Shown here piece after piece: positions 59,701 through 64,000 of a stretch of 64,000 nucleotides of DNA (positions are counted from its first letter, which is position 1; each line of letters opens with the position of its first letter). Source of the stretch: Nemertoderma westbladi (taxonomy: Eukaryota; Animalia; Xenacoelomorpha). The stretch covers positions 17,883 through 81,882 of the forward strand of contig JAUCBJ010005607.1 in the NCBI GenBank assembly GCA_032718475.1, in the 5' to 3' direction. A model generated the notes under the pieces. The model worked only from the letters and a program-made list of their open reading frames with translations, was not told the DNA's origin and ran no database searches. Position numbers and translations under genes: made by a program.

Positions 59701-62106
59701 GGTCTTTGCCGATGCATCAACCACCATCCACAGTTTACCTTTCTTTGGGTCTAAAGCCACGGGGAGTGGCAGGTAATATGTCCTGTCCGTGTTCGGTTCG
59801 TCGACCGGTAACTCCACGGCCCATCCTTTCTCGACGTACTTCTTGATCGTTCTGTGGATGTACTCATTCTTCTCGGGGCTCCGTTTTAGTGTTTGTTTCA
59901 GCTTGCGGAGTCTCGTGAGTACCATCCCTCTGTTATCGGGCAACGGTATTTTCGGTAGTTTCCATACCATTCCTATAGTGTACCGCCCCTCGTCGCACTT
60001 CATCGATTCTTCCACGCTTTGTAAAGCCTGTTTATCTTCTACCGAGGTCCCGACCCCGGTTTCTTTTAGTCCCTCGAAATCTTGTCTGAGCAGTCTTTTA
60101 AGCTGCTCCTCTGCTCCCTCGTCACCCATTTCCTGCATTGTTCCCGCGAACATGCATCCTGATGTCTCCGACATCCTAAATGGTATCTTGCTCTTGATTG
60201 GGCCACTCAGTGTCCACCCGAATGGTGTCAATATCGCCACTGGGTCACACTCCCTGTCTTCGCCGAAGACCGTTTGCATTCTCTCGTGGGCCGTCGGGCA
60301 GTCCATTCCTACTATGATGGATACCTTCCTGACGTCCACCTCCGGGATTGAGAAGTCAATACTGTCCAGGAATTTATATTGCTCGACCTTGATGTTGGTT
60401 GGTCGCCTGGCATTGATATTAATTGACTCTATCACTTGGATGGGGTCGATGGTTGCCCCGTAGTCACATCCCGGTGCCACTGCTGCTATCGCGCACCGTC
60501 CGGTCCTCATCTCTAGGACTTCGTCTTTGCTCGAGATGGTTGTTACTGCCATTCTACTCGGCCTCGTCCTCAATCCTATTTCTTCGGCCACCCAATCCTC
60601 GACTAACGTGAAGGCAGCTTCGCTATCAACCAGCATCAGAGTGGTTACTGATCGATTGCCTTCCCCAATCACTCGCACCGGTACTACCCCAAGTAGCACC
60701 GTTCCTCTCTTCTTCGCCCCTACCGTGCTCGTTGCCATCGTTTGGCCTTTGTCTCGATGGAACTTAACCGGCGTCTCCTTGCATTGCCTCGCTCGATGTC
60801 CACTCATCACACATCGCGAGCAGATGTCATTTCTGTCCGCGTATTCTACCTGATCTTCCCTGGGTAACGCTTGCCAGTAGCTGCAATTCATGGTTAGATG
60901 CCTTGCATTTGTATGTAGCTGGCATTTGCTCTTTGGGTCGTAGCCGTCCTTGTACAGCGCATCGCGTATCGCAACTGCATTTGTACTAAAGTCCCTACTG
61001 TTTTTATAGCTTGGGTTCGGCCTACTGGATGTATTAGGGTTATGTTCATTCGTGTTGTTATTTTTCCCCTGTCCGGTCTTACCCTCGGCTACTTGTGGAC
61101 TCGCAGTCCCCTGCGTTGCTGCATATGGCAGTGATTGCCTGAGCTTTGGTAATGCGTTCGACGTGTTGTGCTCTGGTTTCGGTCGATTGTAATCCGTCTT
61201 TGGTCCCTTTCCCAGGCTATCTTCGCTATAGACTGGGTCGGTTATTAGTTCAGCTTCGTAGCTTAAGAAGCTGGACATTTCTTCTAGACCCGGTTCCGCA
61301 CCCTTTCTGTCTCTAGTGGAGAAAGCGACTTTTCTCCACTTATTGCGCAGCCACATCGGTAGTGCCTGCGCTATCGTGGTGATGTTGTTGGACGCGTTGA
61401 GCTCGTATGGTGCGTCTAGCGTCTTTAGCACGATCAGCGCCTTTTCGACTTTGTTAGCAAACGTCTTAATGCTAACGGGATTATCCTGTAGGCCACCCGT
61501 TGTTATGCCTCTCAGGGTTTGCCTGATGATCTTAGCTGGGTGCCCGTATTCCCTATCCAGTGCCCGCCATGCCGTCGTGAAGCCGCCTTCTATACCCTGG
61601 TATTGCCTCACGATGTCGTATGCTGGGCCTCCTGTGTATACTTGCAGATACTTCAGGCACTCCGCCTGCGTTAAGTTTTTTGTTAGTATCTCGTTACTAT
61701 ACATGCGCCGAAACTGTATATATTCTTCCGGCCTACTCCAATCGAATTTGAATGGTTCCACGGGTGGTAACTCGATCCTGGTTTTTAACGCATCGATCAA
61801 CGTGGCCATCCACACCGCCTGCGCCTCCAATGGGTTCGATGGATGCTGCATAGTTTCCCTTGTTTGGTGCGGTCCATCCGTTCTATTCCCTGTTTTTCTC
61901 TGACTTGGGTATATCATTGGGGGTAGCGGCCCCCTCCATATTTCTGTGTCGCATGACTTATTTTCATCCAAGGGGTTCGTTGTTCTCGCTCCTATTGGGG
62001 TATATTGTTGATATTGCGATGGGGGAATGTCACCCTGTCCCCCCCCCCCCCCCCCACCGGTATGCTTGGTACTGGGGTTGATGTTAATATATTGGGGCCC
62101 ATGCAT
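56719..62106 (-). CDS. BEL/Pao Gag-Pol polyprotein (capsid DUF1759-like, Zn knuckles, protease, RT, RNase H, integrase)
   Basis: 1795 aa. CSRCVMSGHRARQC; LVDSEA (protease DSG changed to DSE); CLND.LL.GP; DIEGMF.Q; FYVDD; FSDAS; NPADLLSRG; H...C..C; DMFGP; SDNGTNF; ERLV. Confidence 0.96.
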   Translation of the reverse strand: MHGPQYININPSTKHTGGGGGGGQGDIPPSQYQQYTPIGARTTNPLDENKSCDTEIWRGPLPPMIYPSQRKTGNRTDGPHQTRETMQHPSNPLEAQAVWMATLIDALKTRIELPPVEPFKFDWSRPEEYIQFRRMYSNEILTKNLTQAECLKYLQVYTGGPAYDIVRQYQGIEGGFTTAWRALDREYGHPAKIIRQTLRGITTGGLQDNPVSIKTFANKVEKALIVLKTLDAPYELNASNNITTIAQALPMWLRNKWRKVAFSTRDRKGAEPGLEEMSSFLSYEAELITDPVYSEDSLGKGPKTDYNRPKPEHNTSNALPKLRQSLPYAATQGTASPQVAEGKTGQGKNNNTNEHNPNTSSRPNPSYKNSRDFSTNAVAIRDALYKDGYDPKSKCQLHTNARHLTMNCSYWQALPREDQVEYADRNDICSRCVMSGHRARQCKETPVKFHRDKGQTMATSTVGAKKRGTVLLGVVPVRVIGEGNRSVTTLMLVDSEAAFTLVEDWVAEEIGLRTRPSRMAVTTISSKDEVLEMRTGRCAIAAVAPGCDYGATIDPIQVIESININARRPTNIKVEQYKFLDSIDFSIPEVDVRKVSIIVGMDCPTAHERMQTVFGEDRECDPVAILTPFGWTLSGPIKSKIPFRMSETSGCMFAGTMQEMGDEGAEEQLKRLLRQDFEGLKETGVGTSVEDKQALQSVEESMKCDEGRYTIGMVWKLPKIPLPDNRGMVLTRLRKLKQTLKRSPEKNEYIHRTIKKYVEKGWAVELPVDEPNTDRTYYLPLPVALDPKKGKLWMVVDASAKTNGKCLNDYLLEGPNIYNSGIEVLLRFRNGKHAFTCDIEGMFNQVRVTEEDSDSQRFLWYNGEEEPPIIPAYKMIVQNMGAKSSSFTTTMAVRDTVKGKEDRYSSRAVDMIRRGFYVDDGMESGNTVKEILDTGREVRDILKGSGFNLTKFQSSSEEFIKAIEDRKPESTMDNPTTAKGQDMAIKRTESQQKALGTVWDRKTDELKYQLSQEGADIHTKRGYVSYIARIYDHLGLASPLLVTGKQILKRVYKLKDEWDVEVPEEIKKQWSKWTGNLEKMGTYNMPRVYFPDGNMTNLDLHMFSDASLEAYGAALYLVQQEGAHRPRLAFSKAKSTPPDSASVPKLELTAARLGVRATAYLVDTIPNIVETHYWTDFMVVLGWLHNERTRYPIFVANRVDEIRASTELERWHYCPTNENPADLLSRGVERHTFLKKEVLWQHGPQFLSDREAWPPMRKVDPGSEVVSEGEEGDSEGEEIYSQMVREIRDVQPGRELCDNPMDKLLSYSSSWYKTKKLVAYWRAFGKFLAGVGKDKKIRTAIDLEGAAKAVIRYEQRKNYGDEVERVGNHQHLRRDSELITLSPQLNDDGILVMNSRVGYNNSIIVPPKPIIIPTGSPIVHQIIWDSHKSILHGGTNRTLTEIRRTYWVKQLRKKVKAVVGQCQTCRRAKKERAVQEMAPLPASRVRQHDPPFTHCGVDMFGPIKIKVMRHTEKRYGIIFVCNNTRAVGIELAQDATASAFINALERFRDRKGGTIAVIYSDNGTNFVGAENEMAEALDILEGEEVRAAMRRRQVKWERRTPYAPHTLGCVERLVGSSKRLMTKLMNTHMVTEDVLRTVLAKCEGIINSRPLYPENDDPESLDVLTPSHFLMERPATIDMRGVDPDDIHSRQSWKVAKAISAEYWRRWVEEYLPTLHKRSKWRKPNRELKEGDLVIVMDDTIINNQWRLARIVGTYSDEDGRVRSVEVRIGGKIGAKDRKTYRRAVGKCCLLEGAP

Positions 62107-63969
62107 CTATCCGCAATAATTCCCCCCTCCCCTGGGTATATGTTATATCCTTTGGTGCTGTAGTCATACTGTTGCACTGGTACCGGTATAGGCCTATCAG
62201 CTTCTGGCCTACCTACCGGAATGTACTCCGCGACTTCCGGGTTCAATCCCGTTGTCCGCGTTATCCTATCGCCTAGATTGCTTCTGTCAGCATGGCCTAT
62301 GGTATGTGCAGTAAGGCCTACAGTATGTCCTACAGTCTGTACGTATTGCTCGGGATCGAAGTTTATTCTTCTCGAATTATCCTCCCCGCGGCTACCGTAT
62401 TCTCGATCGGCAGGTATATCCCGTCGGAAGGTTTCTCTTCGACCCCCTCTACTGCTCTCATCCTCGTGCCGGTACATCATGTACCCCTCTCTCGACGCAT
62501 AGTGCGTCTCGTCGGGTCGCGTCTCTCCGGGACGACGGCAATCTCCCGTAGTTCGACCCCACCGGCTCTCTTCTTCCACCTCAACTACCGACGGTTCGCT
62601 ATCCGTCCTCGTTCTTCTATCGTTCGCGGCGATACTTCTCCTACCGTCTTCTCTTCTTCTTCTTTCAGTGTAGTATTCCCGCTCGTGAGATCTCTCGTCG
62701 ATCTCCCGGTTAAACTCCACCGTTCTTCTTCTCTCCTCTGATCGGGCTCGATACTCCGTCCGCCCTCTCGCGACGTCAACCTGCCTCTCTCCGCTCGATC
62801 GCACGCCGCTGGGGATACTCGCATTCCCCCTATTACTCTCCGTCGCCGGGTGTTGCGGTTTACCTGTTTCGGCCCTCGCATTATCCGCCGGCGCCTGTGG
62901 GGCACTCTCTGCCCCCCCTCTCTCGTCACTAACTTCTCGCGGTGGGGTGCTCATAGCCCCCCCCCCCACCCGCCACTTCTAACTTCGCTACCTCTTACTA
63001 TACTTCTATATCCCTCTTGTGGGGCATTCTCCGCCCCCCCCCCTCTCGCCGCTAATCTTATGTGGTGGGGCGCTCATAGCCCCCCCCCCCCCCACTCGCC
63101 ACATTTAACCTCACTCACACCTCTATACCCCTCTCTAGTCGACACAATGTTTGTATTGCGGCTGGGTCCACTTACCCCCGCCTCTCTCTCTACTACTTCC
63201 TGGCCTACCAGGCCTACTTCGGGTTGGCTCAACCCCGCCGCTTCCGGCCTACTATTTACGAGGCCTACCAGGCCTACCTCGGGTTGGCTCAACCCCGCCA
63301 CTTCCGGCCTACTGACTACGTGGCCTACCAGGCCCTCACCCGCCGGGCTATGTACGTCCGACGCGTTTACATTAACAACACCACTGTGATTATCCTCTAG
63401 TTCACCCAAATTATCCTGTGCACCAAAGTTAGAAACGTTATCTTGCGTTATAACATTATTTGGATTATTTTGTAAATTCGAATTTGGGTTATTATTTAAA
63501 TTACTTGGGTTACTTTGTATAACTACATTATTAGAATTATTTTGCACGTTAATATTAGAATCGTTCTGATTTAAAATAAAATTATTACTATTAGGTAATG
63601 TATTTCCTGCAATAAATATTTGGTTAGGGTCGTTCAATACAGTATTATTAATATTAACGTCATCTACCGTAATATTATTATTACCCCCCCCCCCCCCCCG
63701 CCCGTAAGGTCACACCAATTTCGTGTCTGTCGTGCGGTCCCTCTCACTGGGGTATTAATAAACGAATCTACTGTCCCCGGCCCCTCGAGAATATTCGAGC
63801 CAGCCTCGCTCTCAGACGCCCCCATCTGCGCCAGTTCCAGTTCGCGCATGTGTCTAGCTTTGTACTCTACAAACCCACCTCGCTGTTTCTTTAATTTCCT
63901 TCGCTCATGCTCCCTTCTGGCCATTCTCACCTCACACTCCCGCGCGTCCTGTTTGGCCAACTCTACCAC
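62039..63969 (-). pseudogene. N-terminal low-complexity extension of Gag, split at poly-G runs
   Basis: ORFs 61992-62969, 63074-63637 and 63664-63969 each switch frame or end at long C-runs on the + strand. Confidence 0.65.
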
Positions 63970-64000
63970 TCTCCTAGCTTCCTCCCTTCGCCTTGCCTCA

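Larger units (their letters stand above)
54366..64000 (-). mobile_element. BEL/Pao LTR retrotransposon 3, near intact, extends beyond the window
   Basis: 3' LTR 54366-54904 (TGTGACGGG...GCTAACA), PPT at 54905-54913, long gag-pol. Predicted TSD AAATA (54361-54365); the other end is outside the window. Confidence 0.95.

Noticed and set aside
56846-62741. Multiple + strand ORFs antisense to gag-pol (also 8741-9592)
   Set aside because: Shadow ORFs of a purine-biased coding strand, with no independent motifs.

Overview
AT-rich animal (probably invertebrate) nuclear DNA made almost entirely of nested mobile elements inside and downstream of a spliced + strand host gene. Three in-frame exons are visible: 1440-1573 (end of a galactose-binding/discoidin-like domain), and 13804-14514 and 19972-20643 (ConA/LamG-like domains). 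The main features are: (1) A roughly 20 kb decayed Polinton/Maverick with both ends present (31598-51644; about 475 bp TIRs, 6-bp TSD TTAGGG). It carries pPolB, packaging ATPase, integrase, major capsid, two minor capsid paralogs, an adenain-like protease and core proteins. Directly after pPolB it also has an uninterrupted, intronless, divergent TATA-binding-protein-like gene. (2) Three related BEL/Pao LTR retrotransposons. One carries a decayed extra ORF in the env position with a WRN/EXD-type DEDDy 3'-5' exonuclease and three CCHC knuckles. All three share a covarying RNA structure next to the polypurine tract. (3) A 79-bp satellite that is a tandem amplification of a host exon's 3' end plus its splice donor. 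(4) CR1/L2-like, RTE and Penelope retroelement fragments, piggyBac-like MITEs, a Mutator-like element, a solo LTR and minisatellites. All family assignments are by-eye motif recognition; no database searches were run.
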